Positions 1 through 9,320 of a stretch of 34,722 nt of DNA are shown piece by piece (the first letter of the stretch is position 1; each line of letters opens with the position of its first letter). A program made the position numbers and the translations under genes. The notes beneath the pieces are model-generated. The model was not told the origin of the DNA. It saw nothing but the letters and a program-made list of their open reading frames with translations, and searched no databases. Source of the stretch: Candidatus Nomurabacteria bacterium (GTDB lineage Bacteria; Patescibacteriota; Minisyncoccia; Phycocordibacterales; UBA9973); contig CALQZW010000003.1 of assembly GCA_943350045.1 (NCBI GenBank), forward strand, positions 1-34,722. Reading direction: 5' to 3'.

Positions 1-380
1 TCATCGGAAATATCGGAAAGAGGAAATGCGCCCATTTCAATATCCTCAACAAAATCATATTTTTCTTCGATATGTTTTCGCATATCTCGGTTTGTATTAT
101 TATCTTTCAATTCCTCTTTTGATAGATCAACATAAGCAAAAGTGTCTATATCAGATACACCCTCTATAGCTTCTCCTTTAGCGACAGAACCGCGAAGATA
201 TACATTTTTAAGTTTTTCGCAGTATTTACCTTTATACACTTCAACAATATCACCAACAAGCGGTTTCCATTTCTCTTGGATTTTTTCTGCTGAAGCAGGA
301 TTAATCAAAAAGCCATTTTTATCTACATCAAAATATGATCCTTTGGGTTTGATTTCAATTTTAGTAGTTATTTTTTTCAC
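1..380 (-). CDS. Nucleotidyltransferase-domain (Pol beta superfamily) protein, 3' end runs off the window
   Basis: Not in the ORF track. Read by hand from GTG at 380 (8 nt after the ychF stop): MKKITTKIEIKPKGSYFDVDKNGFLINPASAEKIQEKWKPLVGDIVEVYKGKYCEKLKNVYLRGSVAKGEAIEGVSDIDTFAYV..., open to the edge. GS-x-A-x-G...S-D-I-D is the Pol-beta NTase motif. Confidence 0.85.
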   Translation of the reverse strand, partial: MKKITTKIEIKPKGSYFDVDKNGFLINPASAEKIQEKWKPLVGDIVEVYKGKYCEKLKNVYLRGSVAKGEAIEGVSDIDTFAYVDLSKEELKDNNTNRDMRKHIEEKYDFVEDIEMGAFPLSDISD

Positions 381-388
381 AATCTTTA

Positions 389-1504
389 CTAAATCTTAAA
401 CTCCACAACATCTCCATCCTTCACAATATATTCCTTTCCTTCTGTGCGGACTTTTCCTTTCAAGCGAGCTTCGGCATATGAGCCAGCGTTCAAAAGTTCC
501 TGCCAGTTTATAATCTCCGCACGAATAAACTTGTCTTTAAAATCCGTATGAATCGCCATTCCCGCAACCGGAGCAGTACTTCCCGCTTTAATAGTCCACG
601 CGCGAGTCTCCTCCACTCCTGTAGTAAAGTACGTATCGAGCCCAAGGAGCTTGTAGGCCTCAGTAATGAGCTTGTCGATACCGCTTCCGTCACTGCCACC
701 GAGTTCTGAGCGGAAGACCTCTTTCTCCTCCCCTTCAAAATCCTTCAATTCATCTTCAATCTTTGCATCGAGCACGACAAAACCCGCGCCAGTAGACACG
801 ATATACTCACACAACTGCTTAAATAACTCCGGATGAGATTCGTCCAAATTCACCACGCCAGAGCGCTTGTTGAGACCGTACAAAAACGGCTTCATTGTGA
901 GCAAGTTGAGCTGCTTAATCTTTGGCAATTCCTTGTCATCGAGATCAACAGTATTTGCCATGCGCTCGTTCTCTATAGCATCAAGCACGCGCTTGAGCGC
1001 CTCTTCTTCGATGATAGCTTCCTTGTCTCCACGCTTGGCTTCCTTTGAAACATTTCCAAGACGCTTGGTCACAGTTTCCATGTCGGCAAGCAGAAGCTCC
1101 ATGTTGATGACTTTAATATCGCGCAGTGGGTCGATGTCGCCATACACATGCATAATGTCGTCACCCTTCTCAGCTTTCAGTGGAAAGATTCGTACCATTT
1201 CAAAAATGGCGTCAGTCTCGCGAATGTTCGCAAGGAACTTGTTTCCCAGTCCTTCTCCTTTTGCAGCACCAGCCACAAGACCGGCAATGTCCACGAATTC
1301 TATAACAGCAGGGACGGTTTTTTGTGTCTGAGAAAAGGCAGAGAGTTTCCAAAGGCGTTCATCCGGTACGGGAACGATACCGACAGATGGGTCGATAGTA
1401 CAGAACGGATAGTTTGCTGCAGGAACACCCTTTTTTGTAAGGGCGTTAAAGAGCGTTGATTTCCCCACGTTTGGGAGGCCTACGATTCCGATTGAAAGTG
1501 ACAT
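389..1504 (-). CDS. ychF: Redox-regulated ATPase YchF (Obg family)
   Basis: GIVGLPNVGKST, ANYPFCTIDP, DIAGLV, GEGLGNKFL, C-terminal TGS EGKEYIVKDGDVVEF. Confidence 0.98.
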   Translation of the reverse strand: MSLSIGIVGLPNVGKSTLFNALTKKGVPAANYPFCTIDPSVGIVPVPDERLWKLSAFSQTQKTVPAVIEFVDIAGLVAGAAKGEGLGNKFLANIRETDAIFEMVRIFPLKAEKGDDIMHVYGDIDPLRDIKVINMELLLADMETVTKRLGNVSKEAKRGDKEAIIEEEALKRVLDAIENERMANTVDLDDKELPKIKQLNLLTMKPFLYGLNKRSGVVNLDESHPELFKQLCEYIVSTGAGFVVLDAKIEDELKDFEGEEKEVFRSELGGSDGSGIDKLITEAYKLLGLDTYFTTGVEETRAWTIKAGSTAPVAGMAIHTDFKDKFIRAEIINWQELLNAGSYAEARLKGKVRTEGKEYIVKDGDVVEFKI

Positions 1505-1546
1505 ATGGTGGGTATAGTATCAGAAAATAAGGGTGTTTGCTATTTG

Positions 1547-1579
1547 TTGACTAATATACCTAGTGTAGTATACTAGGTA
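1547..1579 (+). promoter_or_regulatory. Sigma70-like promoter with overlapping inverted repeat
   Basis: TTGACT (1547-1552), 16 nt spacer, TATACT (1569-1574); TACCTAGT (1557-1564) / ACTAGGTA (1572-1579) inverted repeat straddles the -10. Confidence 0.6.
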
Positions 1580-1585
1580 AGTACC

Positions 1586-1636
1586 TCCTGTCGCTTCGGT
1601 GGCAGGACGCGAAACCGCAACTTATGTTGCGGTTTC
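1586..1636 (+). other. Two-hairpin structured RNA leader or small RNA upstream of the NYN gene
   Basis: TCCTGTCGC-TTCG-GTGGCAGGA (C-UUCG-G tetraloop, G-U pairs favour + strand), then perfect 11-bp GAAACCGCAAC-TTAT-GTTGCGGTTTC. Confidence 0.6.
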
Positions 1637-1661
1637 TGCATTTTATAATAAAATATTGGGA

Positions 1662-2208
1662 ATGAAAGTGTACATCTATATTGACGGATTTAATCTCTAC
1701 TACGGCTGCCTAAAAGGCACGCCGTACAAATGGCTGAACCTTCAGAAACTCTCTGAGCTCTTATTTCCTAGTCACACCATAGCTAAGATAAAGTATTTTA
1801 CTGCTCCTATAAAAATTCGAGAGAACGATCGAGACCACGGCAAGCCAAACAGACAGCAGATCTATCTCAGGGCACTTCGTACCATTCCTGGACTGGAAAT
1901 TATTCAGGGGTCATTTCTCAGTCATGTAGTCACCATGCGAAACGCAGATAGCAAAGGCTACTCACGGGTTATTAAAACAGAGGAAAAAGGTACTGACGTA
2001 AACATAGCTTCTCATTTAATTAATGATGGTCATTCAGGAATTGAAATTGCCGGTAGTCGTAGTAAGCCCTTTTGAGAGAAATACAATTGAATTAAAAAAG
2101 ATAGCTACACTATGTAAGAAGATACGTAAAGGTGTGCTTCAAGCAAGTCAGTTCAACTCTACGCTTACCGACACTATTGGAGAAATCACTCGTCCTAACC
2201 AGTGGTAG
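1662..2208 (+). pseudogene. NYN-domain (PIN-fold, LabA/DUF88-like) ribonuclease, frameshifted by an apparent internal deletion
   Basis: MKVYIYIDGFNLYYG...KYFTA...EEKGTDVNIASHLINDGH in one frame; the C-terminus (MVIQELKLPVVVVSP...RPNQW) is in another frame; the expected S-x-D-x-D segment is absent. Confidence 0.8.
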
Positions 2209-2233
2209 TTGAATCGCTTCCCGACGATTCCAC

Positions 2234-2265
2234 AAAAAAAATCCCCGCCAAATATGACGGGGATT
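2234..2265 (-). terminator. Intrinsic terminator between convergent genes
   Basis: AATCCCCG...CGGGGATT stem with a U-tract on the - strand. Confidence 0.8.
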
Positions 2266-2287
2266 GATACTATTTACAGCACTACAC

Positions 2288-3571
2288 TTAATCCATATAC
2301 CGTGGAGGTATCGGGATTATATCTTCATCACTTGTATTCTTGTTAAATGTCTTAACAAGAAACTGCACATACTCTTGGACCCTCAATACTCCTTTTACTG
2401 AAAGCAGAACATTGTCTGTTTCTTTCAGTTTCGCTATTTTCTTCATCATTGTCTGATGGTTATATTTAGGACTTGTCGTCATAAAATATATAGCTTCGGC
2501 AAAGTTTCTGGTTTTCCATCCACTTGGATGATACTTCGCAAAGTCATTCATGACTACTGCACGTTTCTCTGCCTCTACAAGCTCTGCTTCTGTTATCTGT
2601 AGTTGTTTATTATTAAAGATATTCTCAGAAGCCTTTTTACCACGCTTAATTCGATTGCCTTTAAATAACACTTCACAACTCGAGAGATCAAACGGATGCT
2701 TATCAAAAAATTTCTTGAATATCACATACGCAGAAATTCCTTTTTTAGCATACGAGATAAGAAAATCGAGAGCTGTCCAGTTTTTGTTGTTCACGTTATA
2801 GACCGTAACTTCATCCATTCCCCATCCAACCATAATCCTAAAATGAATACTGAGATTATTCCTAATCGCAGTTTCAATTCGATGCTGAGCATCAATCTCT
2901 TGTAGACGCTCATTAACAAAAGCTTCAGTATACAGATAACCGTGAGTCTCATACGAATCTTCCAATGATTCAATGTGAGATTCAATAATCTCCCTATTCT
3001 CATCAAACTGACTGAAGTACTTTTTGAGTACTTCTGGTGGCGCTAAATACACATTAAACGCCCCATTCTCACTTAATGCGACAATTTCACACATTGCGAG
3101 AATGCCTCGAAGAGGTGTTCCTTTAATCTCCGCATCCAGCATTTCTTGGGTAAGTGGTAACACCTCCCTCATAACGATATTCCGCGGTTTTTTTGGCGGT
3201 TGTGGCTTGTATATTTCTGCCGGAGAGAAACGTGTGCCATCTGAATGAACAGGAAGTGTTCCTTTTTTCTCATCTTCATCGAATTGATCAGTAAAATCAA
3301 CGCGAAGTATTCCATCGATAGGTTCGCCATGAAATGTTACATTGAGGTGCTTGTAGTCTGTGGACAAAATAGTCCAAATAGCCCCTTTCTTTGTATTTGC
3401 CTCTAACGTTGTAGCAAATGTCGAAGTGAGCTTCATTTCGAATATTAGGTCAGTGTCGTCATCAACAATACTCAATGAGTAGTCGTGTGGTAAGTTAACT
3501 CCTTCTTTTTCAAGAAGAGCAATCATGTTTTGTGTGTAGCCTTCTAATGTAGTTTTTAATGAAATGTTCAT
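2288..3571 (-). CDS. Hypothetical protein with a central ParB/Srx-like (DGQHR-type) domain
   Basis: NREIIESHIESLEDSYETHGYLYTEAFVNERLQEIDAQHRIETA...YNVNNKNWTALDFL resembles phage-type ParB-N proteins (NR..H..L..S...G....VNE...IDGQHR...N...KNW...DF). Confidence 0.6.
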   Translation of the reverse strand: MNISLKTTLEGYTQNMIALLEKEGVNLPHDYSLSIVDDDTDLIFEMKLTSTFATTLEANTKKGAIWTILSTDYKHLNVTFHGEPIDGILRVDFTDQFDEDEKKGTLPVHSDGTRFSPAEIYKPQPPKKPRNIVMREVLPLTQEMLDAEIKGTPLRGILAMCEIVALSENGAFNVYLAPPEVLKKYFSQFDENREIIESHIESLEDSYETHGYLYTEAFVNERLQEIDAQHRIETAIRNNLSIHFRIMVGWGMDEVTVYNVNNKNWTALDFLISYAKKGISAYVIFKKFFDKHPFDLSSCEVLFKGNRIKRGKKASENIFNNKQLQITEAELVEAEKRAVVMNDFAKYHPSGWKTRNFAEAIYFMTTSPKYNHQTMMKKIAKLKETDNVLLSVKGVLRVQEYVQFLVKTFNKNTSDEDIIPIPPRYMD

Positions 3572-3656
3572 TACCGTATGTTTTTTTGGTTCAAAAACAT
3601 ACTAACACAAAGTTAGATTTCGTCAAGACAAACAGCCCCAGCAGAATAGACTGCAC

Positions 3657-4979
3657 TTATAAAACCCTCTTCAAGATACCTCCACCATACTGCATAGTCT
3701 GCGCCTTCATATCTTCAAAATCACGAAACGTAGCATTCTCGCCCACTGATCCAAACGGACTGTTACTACGAATCTCAAAGACATCTCCACCCTTCGGAGA
3801 CAAATACGTTCGCGGAGCAAACGGCTTCCACAAAAGCGGATTAAACACGAGAAGATTCCCATTGGCTCCAACAACGCAATCGTCGGACCAGACATCGCGA
3901 TAGATACCCTCATATTTCTCCACGTTCACCTTTTTCTCTGCCGGAGCCATCTCCTCTATCCACGAAATCAAACTCAAAATACTTGTTGCAAACACATCTG
4001 CCGAACCATCTAAGCAGTTTGTAAATACAACGACACTGAGCTTCTCTTTTGGAACATACAGGGAATTGGTAATGAACCCGTTATATCCCCCACCATGGCA
4101 GACAAACTGCATACCGCTACTGCTATCACGCTTGAAACCGAAACCATAGGCAAGAGTTCCAGTAATCTTTTTAAACGAAGACGCCAAGAGCGCTTGGGAT
4201 TTCTTACTCAGTACTTTTGATTTCTCTCCCCATACATCACAGAGGAATATGTCGATATCTTTTGCAGTCGACACAAATCCAGCCGCCGGAGCAAACTCAT
4301 TCGTCTTTGATTGCGCAAATGCATACTGTTTTTGATTAAAGAGCTTTCTGGAATATCCACGCGCAGTTCGTGATTTCAAATCGTCGGAATAATCAGGATA
4401 CGTATCTTTGAGCGACAGCTTTGCAATGATGTTCTTGTGCACATATTCTCCATATGACTGGCCGGACACTGCTTCAATGATTTTTCCAAGAATTGCAAAG
4501 CCGAAGTTTGAATACTTAAACTCCTTGTTTTCTTCTGTGACTTTCGTGCCAAAAGAAATATCACTGAGGACATCAGTAGGAAATGCATTCTCGTTCCAAT
4601 AGTTTTTTCCAGAATCGCGGAATACGCCAGATCTATGCTGAAGAAGGTTCTTGATGGTAATTGTTCGAAGCGAATCAGTATCAAACTCAGGAATGATTTT
4701 TGAGACTCGAGTACTGAGCGTAATGCTTCCTTTTTCTATAAGCTGGAGAATTGCAACACCGGTAAACATTTTTGACATTGAGGCAACACGAAAGAGTGTC
4801 TCGGTAGACATGGGAGTTTTTGCCTTTGTGTCGGCAAAACCGAAGGCATTGTCGTAGAGCGTCTTTCCACCGCGGGATATGCGAACAACGACTCCAGGAA
4901 TTTCTTCCTGCTGGATTTTGTATGGGAACCAAAAGTTGAGGGCTTTGGTGAGGGGGTTTTGGAGTTCTGAGTGATTCAT
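3657..4979 (-). CDS. Serine hydrolase, beta-lactamase class C/AmpC-CubicO family
   Basis: FRVASMSK (SxxK), LLQHRSG, FKYSNFG (YxN), HGGG. Confidence 0.92.
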   Translation of the reverse strand: MNHSELQNPLTKALNFWFPYKIQQEEIPGVVVRISRGGKTLYDNAFGFADTKAKTPMSTETLFRVASMSKMFTGVAILQLIEKGSITLSTRVSKIIPEFDTDSLRTITIKNLLQHRSGVFRDSGKNYWNENAFPTDVLSDISFGTKVTEENKEFKYSNFGFAILGKIIEAVSGQSYGEYVHKNIIAKLSLKDTYPDYSDDLKSRTARGYSRKLFNQKQYAFAQSKTNEFAPAAGFVSTAKDIDIFLCDVWGEKSKVLSKKSQALLASSFKKITGTLAYGFGFKRDSSSGMQFVCHGGGYNGFITNSLYVPKEKLSVVVFTNCLDGSADVFATSILSLISWIEEMAPAEKKVNVEKYEGIYRDVWSDDCVVGANGNLLVFNPLLWKPFAPRTYLSPKGGDVFEIRSNSPFGSVGENATFRDFEDMKAQTMQYGGGILKRVL

Positions 4980-5029
4980 ACGAAAACTATATCATGTTCA
5001 TCAATAGGAAATCTTGACGCCATCAATTA

Positions 5030-8000
5030 CTACAACGCCACGAAATCAACAGAGTTAATTTGCTGCATTATTCTTTCTGTCTCCATAAGTACAACTACCA
5101 TTTTCTGGTAATGCAATATGTCCTCGTTCGAAAGAGTTCTCCCTTGACGGTCTTTAAGCCATTTTTGAGCAGGTTGGTATCCACCAATATAAAAACTCCA
5201 AACTACTTCCGGAACTCCTCCAAAATACTGTTTTTCGTTTATATACACCTTACTGTCTTTATATTTTGGATATTTTGCCTCAACAGTATTATTTCCTGAT
5301 TCTGGAAAAGTTGTTATAAAGCTATTTATTTTTGGAGACTCGAGCAAATGGAATTCTCGCAATTCCTTGCCAAGTGCAACTAGTTTTTTAAAAGTTTCAA
5401 CACTTGTTGGATATGGAACACGAGGGAAATCAATCTTCAAAAACTCCTTGTATTTTTCTCGATAGCTTGGAGAATGCAATATTGCATAAATATAATCCAG
5501 AATGTCTTCCGGTGTTGTTTTACCAACCACAGATTCAATTTCATTCACAATCTCCTTTTTTAGATTTGATACTTTTGATCCATCATCTGCATAGAGGTAG
5601 AGTGGAAACACAGACATTGAATCGCCCGCAGTATCTAGCAGGTGTCGATCTGTAATAAGTTTTGAGATAAAGAAATAACCGAGACTCGACTGTCTATTTT
5701 TAGAAGTAACATTTAATGCGATATTTGACTGAAGAAGATGCTTCATTACATTAAATCTGGAATTGCAGACAAATCCATTCTGTTTCCCTGTGTAATATAT
5801 GTCTCGAATATCGAAAGGTCGGTAAGAAATCTGACGATAATTACTCTGATCATTAACGGTTGAAATAATATCCTCTTTTGCTCGAGAAATTTTCCAATCC
5901 CTTGCATCATTTGTGTGATATTTTGCAGATATTTCTTTTTCGCTAAGACGAGCAAAATCATTAATTACAAGCTCGAGCTCCTTCTTATTGAAATGTATAG
6001 TCAGACTGTCTCTGACAGACTCAACACCAGAGACTGATTCCTTAAAAATTTGATCCACATTAAATCCTTTCTCATATTCTACATTTGCAGAAAAATCCTT
6101 TGGTACAAAGAAAAAATACGGCTCAGAATAATTTAATTTACTCCACTTCATAGTCCCCACACCATCATTGTTGAGAGCCTCAAACTTAGCGTCTCTTTTC
6201 CCGTAGAGTTCTGCGTGATAAACATCTCCCCTTGAATCCAACCCTTTCTTCTTTCCCTCTTTCTTTATAAGTATGCTTATAGACACGCCTTGCATAATAT
6301 TGAAGACATTTTCGTCATTACCCCCATTGGGTGCTTTTTCTCTCTTCTTTGAGTTACCATGCAAATCAACAATATAAATTGAGTCGAAGGTCTCAAGAAG
6401 ATGTTTTCTCATCTGTCGGTGGGTAACACCATCTATGAAAGAGTTGTTCGTTATCATCGCTACAATTCCGCTTCCATTCTTTTCGATCAGGCTTTCAGAT
6501 AATCGGATGAATTTAATATAATCATCGTCAAGGTTTATCTTACGTTCATTCAAATCCTTTTTGTATTCTTTAATTAAGTCTTGTATCCACTCTCCTTTGT
6601 TTTGAGAGCTGACACTGTAGGGTGGGTTCCCCATCACTACCATTATCGGTAATTCATTCTTCACCTTATTCGCTTGATTCGATTCTTCGGTGATAGCCTT
6701 CCCGAGTCCGATATCAAAAAGAGTCTTTTCTTCTACCTCTGCCTTTTCAAGAGTGTTCGTCAAATACACACCCAATCGAGTGTTTTTTATTTTTGCTCCG
6801 GTTTCAGCAATAGTTGACGAAAGCTTGAGATGAGCAATTGTATACGATGCCATCATGAGCTCGAAGCCATGGAGTCGTGGCAAAAGATCCTCGTTTACAT
6901 ATGAAGACCAGCGGCCCTCCTGACCTTCAAAAGATTTCTTTATGTGAAGTATCGCTTCATTGAGAAACGTGCCTGTGCCAGTCGCCGGATCAAGCACCTG
7001 GACTTTATGAATCGGAACTTTATGCCTTTTACCTTGAATCTCCTTAACAATGTCTATCTTGGAGGCATCGGCAAGACCTTGCAGCAGATCAAACTCCTTT
7101 TTCAAAATATAATCTACCGCACGGACGATAAATCGAACCACCGGAAGAGGCGTGTAGAAAACGCCCATCTTCTTGCGCTCGGCAGAGTCGTATTCCTGGA
7201 GGAAGTCCTCATAGAAGTGAATGATCGGATCCTTGCTCTCATGAACTTTCCCAAAAAGATCGGTTTTATAATATTTGTGGATAATTTCTCGAACGTCTGC
7301 ATGGCTGAGTTCTTCGCACAGCTCATTCACGATATGTTCGATTCGGTTGTCAAAAGATGATCCGGCAATATGATTAAAGAACTCTCTCAAGAACGGATTT
7401 GACGGAGGTATGAGATCACGAGCTTCTTGTCGAGTGAAATTCTCCGGCGTCTTATCGTTGAACCTTGCGACAAACAGGCCGTAGACGATCGTCTGAGCAT
7501 ACATGTCTGCAAATTTTGTATGGTCAAGATCGGCAAGGAGGAGCTTCTTGATGACCCCGTACACTCCAAGTAAGTTCTCATTCCTGGGGTTCTTTTCATC
7601 TTCCAAGAATTTCTTTACGTTATCTCGAATACGACGAGCCTTCCCCGCCATAACTTTTGAAAGTACTGTGCCAGACTTGATCGGCTCTTTAGATTCTTTA
7701 ATGAACGCACCTATTGTGTCACTAAGAAGCTGAAATTGACCTTCCAGTATTTCAATGCCTTCTTTGTTTAATTTTCCTATGACTACGGAGTCACCATATG
7801 CTATGGCGTTTCTATAAAAACGAAAGTCGAGACCATTTGTCAAAATAATATTTGAATAACCGTAATAGCGAGTCATTTGCTCACTTTTCTCTATCTCATC
7901 AAGCGAGACGTAAACGTCTTTTGCTTCGGCGTACGCAACCACAGTCTTACCTTTTGTAAACACGAAGTCGGGCGCTCCAAACTCACTTCTTTTTGGTTCG

Positions 8001-8128
8001 TTATGAACCTTAAGCTCTGTGATTTTTTCGAACAACTCCTGAAGCGCCGGGCGATATGAGTGCTCAGTGGCATGACCACTATTATAGGTCTCGATTATTT
8101 TCTGAATAAATGTTGCAACGGGATTCAT
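5030..8128 (-). CDS. Single-chain restriction-modification enzyme (type IIG/IIL-like: PD-(D/E)xK nuclease, N6-adenine MTase, type-ISP-like specificity domain)
   Basis: N-terminal PDF...EAK; GVFYTPLPVV, VLDPATGTGTF, GNPPY; C-terminal YRPFD, IDFPRVP, IGGYQPAQKWLKDR. Start placed at ATG 8128 (ORF track extends to 8215). Confidence 0.88.
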   Translation of the reverse strand: MNPVATFIQKIIETYNSGHATEHSYRPALQELFEKITELKVHNEPKRSEFGAPDFVFTKGKTVVAYAEAKDVYVSLDEIEKSEQMTRYYGYSNIILTNGLDFRFYRNAIAYGDSVVIGKLNKEGIEILEGQFQLLSDTIGAFIKESKEPIKSGTVLSKVMAGKARRIRDNVKKFLEDEKNPRNENLLGVYGVIKKLLLADLDHTKFADMYAQTIVYGLFVARFNDKTPENFTRQEARDLIPPSNPFLREFFNHIAGSSFDNRIEHIVNELCEELSHADVREIIHKYYKTDLFGKVHESKDPIIHFYEDFLQEYDSAERKKMGVFYTPLPVVRFIVRAVDYILKKEFDLLQGLADASKIDIVKEIQGKRHKVPIHKVQVLDPATGTGTFLNEAILHIKKSFEGQEGRWSSYVNEDLLPRLHGFELMMASYTIAHLKLSSTIAETGAKIKNTRLGVYLTNTLEKAEVEEKTLFDIGLGKAITEESNQANKVKNELPIMVVMGNPPYSVSSQNKGEWIQDLIKEYKKDLNERKINLDDDYIKFIRLSESLIEKNGSGIVAMITNNSFIDGVTHRQMRKHLLETFDSIYIVDLHGNSKKREKAPNGGNDENVFNIMQGVSISILIKKEGKKKGLDSRGDVYHAELYGKRDAKFEALNNDGVGTMKWSKLNYSEPYFFFVPKDFSANVEYEKGFNVDQIFKESVSGVESVRDSLTIHFNKKELELVINDFARLSEKEISAKYHTNDARDWKISRAKEDIISTVNDQSNYRQISYRPFDIRDIYYTGKQNGFVCNSRFNVMKHLLQSNIALNVTSKNRQSSLGYFFISKLITDRHLLDTAGDSMSVFPLYLYADDGSKVSNLKKEIVNEIESVVGKTTPEDILDYIYAILHSPSYREKYKEFLKIDFPRVPYPTSVETFKKLVALGKELREFHLLESPKINSFITTFPESGNNTVEAKYPKYKDSKVYINEKQYFGGVPEVVWSFYIGGYQPAQKWLKDRQGRTLSNEDILHYQKMVVVLMETERIMQQINSVDFVAL

Positions 8129-8255
8129 GTGATTTTTGTTTTTAAATCTGAATATAATCCTTACTGATTCAATCGTATTAATACTATACCCCATTTTTCG
8201 AGGCTTGGACACCATGGGTGTTGTATCGCCATAAAGTGAAGTCGGTTATCCCTCT

Positions 8256-9263
8256 TTATTTAGCTCGCGGATACTTATCGGTAGGAAATGATATTTCATG
8301 ATAAATACTATTCACTTGGTCATAATATTTATATCCATTGTAGTCAATACAAACAGTCCTAATTATGCTATCAGCATCTCGGGATGAACTCTTACCTGAT
8401 GCAGTTAAAATTATTTCCTGAGCTAGACTTATACTCTCTTCGTTCGATAGATAGTATTCACTTTTAACCTGCATGATTCCTGTGGTCTTAATAAGACCGA
8501 TCCTAAAAAGAATTTTTTCGGCAAATCTAAAAAGTCGAGTTCTATTAAGATCTTCCATGATCATTATGGAGAAAAATATTTTATATAGAACTTCATCATC
8601 AAGAAATTCCTTCCGCAAATACCTAGAATACCTTGCTTCATACTCACGGTACTTCCTAGTTAATGCAGTCGACCGCTTGAGCATGAAGTCATAACTGGAG
8701 TGAACAGTATTTAAAATATTATAGAAATAGATTAAAACGACAAACCAAATTTCAGTTCTAAAATTTCCGGCATCAGGCAAAATATAACTCAAGCCCTTAA
8801 CAAGAGCTGCTTTATAGAAAAAAATTGATATTAATATAGAAATAATATGAGAAGTGAAATATAGCTGTTTATTTACAAAGCCCCAATACCGATTCAGCAG
8901 GATAAAAGTGGTCTGAAGCAGAAAATAGAATACATTAACCCAGAGCAAATATTTAACGAGGTAATCTAAATGGAGATAATAGAGTCCAATTGCAACCGCA
9001 GAGATAAAGACCGCTGGAGTCATTACTCTCAGAAAAAAATTGAAACCTAGATTATTAACCTGACCAACAATATCGGACACATTAATATAACCATAACCTT
9101 TAGATTTCTCCCCGAGCTTGTTTATAAGAAAGAGCAAAAGAAGCCCTAATAATGCAGAAATAACATATCCACCCATGAGTGTCTGCCACTTATCTACAAA
9201 ACTTACCAATTCTGAGTTCATACCTAGATAATTTAACACACTTTTACTTATCCCCTTCTCCAA
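8256..9263 (-). CDS. Multi-pass membrane protein with a C-terminal lysozyme-like domain
   Basis: About 5 hydrophobic segments in the N-terminal half; C-terminal IMIMEDLNR...TTGIMQV...DYNG..YY..V pattern. Start uncertain (TTG 9263 or ATG 9221). Confidence 0.6.
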   Translation of the reverse strand: MEKGISKSVLNYLGMNSELVSFVDKWQTLMGGYVISALLGLLLLFLINKLGEKSKGYGYINVSDIVGQVNNLGFNFFLRVMTPAVFISAVAIGLYYLHLDYLVKYLLWVNVFYFLLQTTFILLNRYWGFVNKQLYFTSHIISILISIFFYKAALVKGLSYILPDAGNFRTEIWFVVLIYFYNILNTVHSSYDFMLKRSTALTRKYREYEARYSRYLRKEFLDDEVLYKIFFSIMIMEDLNRTRLFRFAEKILFRIGLIKTTGIMQVKSEYYLSNEESISLAQEIILTASGKSSSRDADSIIRTVCIDYNGYKYYDQVNSIYHEISFPTDKYPRAK

Positions 9264-9320
9264 TAGACTTTATGGCCATGTGCGGTATGTTATTCATGCC
9301 TGGATATACTAACCCACTAT

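Noticed and set aside
2023-2075. Programmed ribosomal frameshift in the NYN gene
   Set aside because: No slippery heptamer at the junction and catalytic residues are missing, so a frameshift would not restore a full enzyme.
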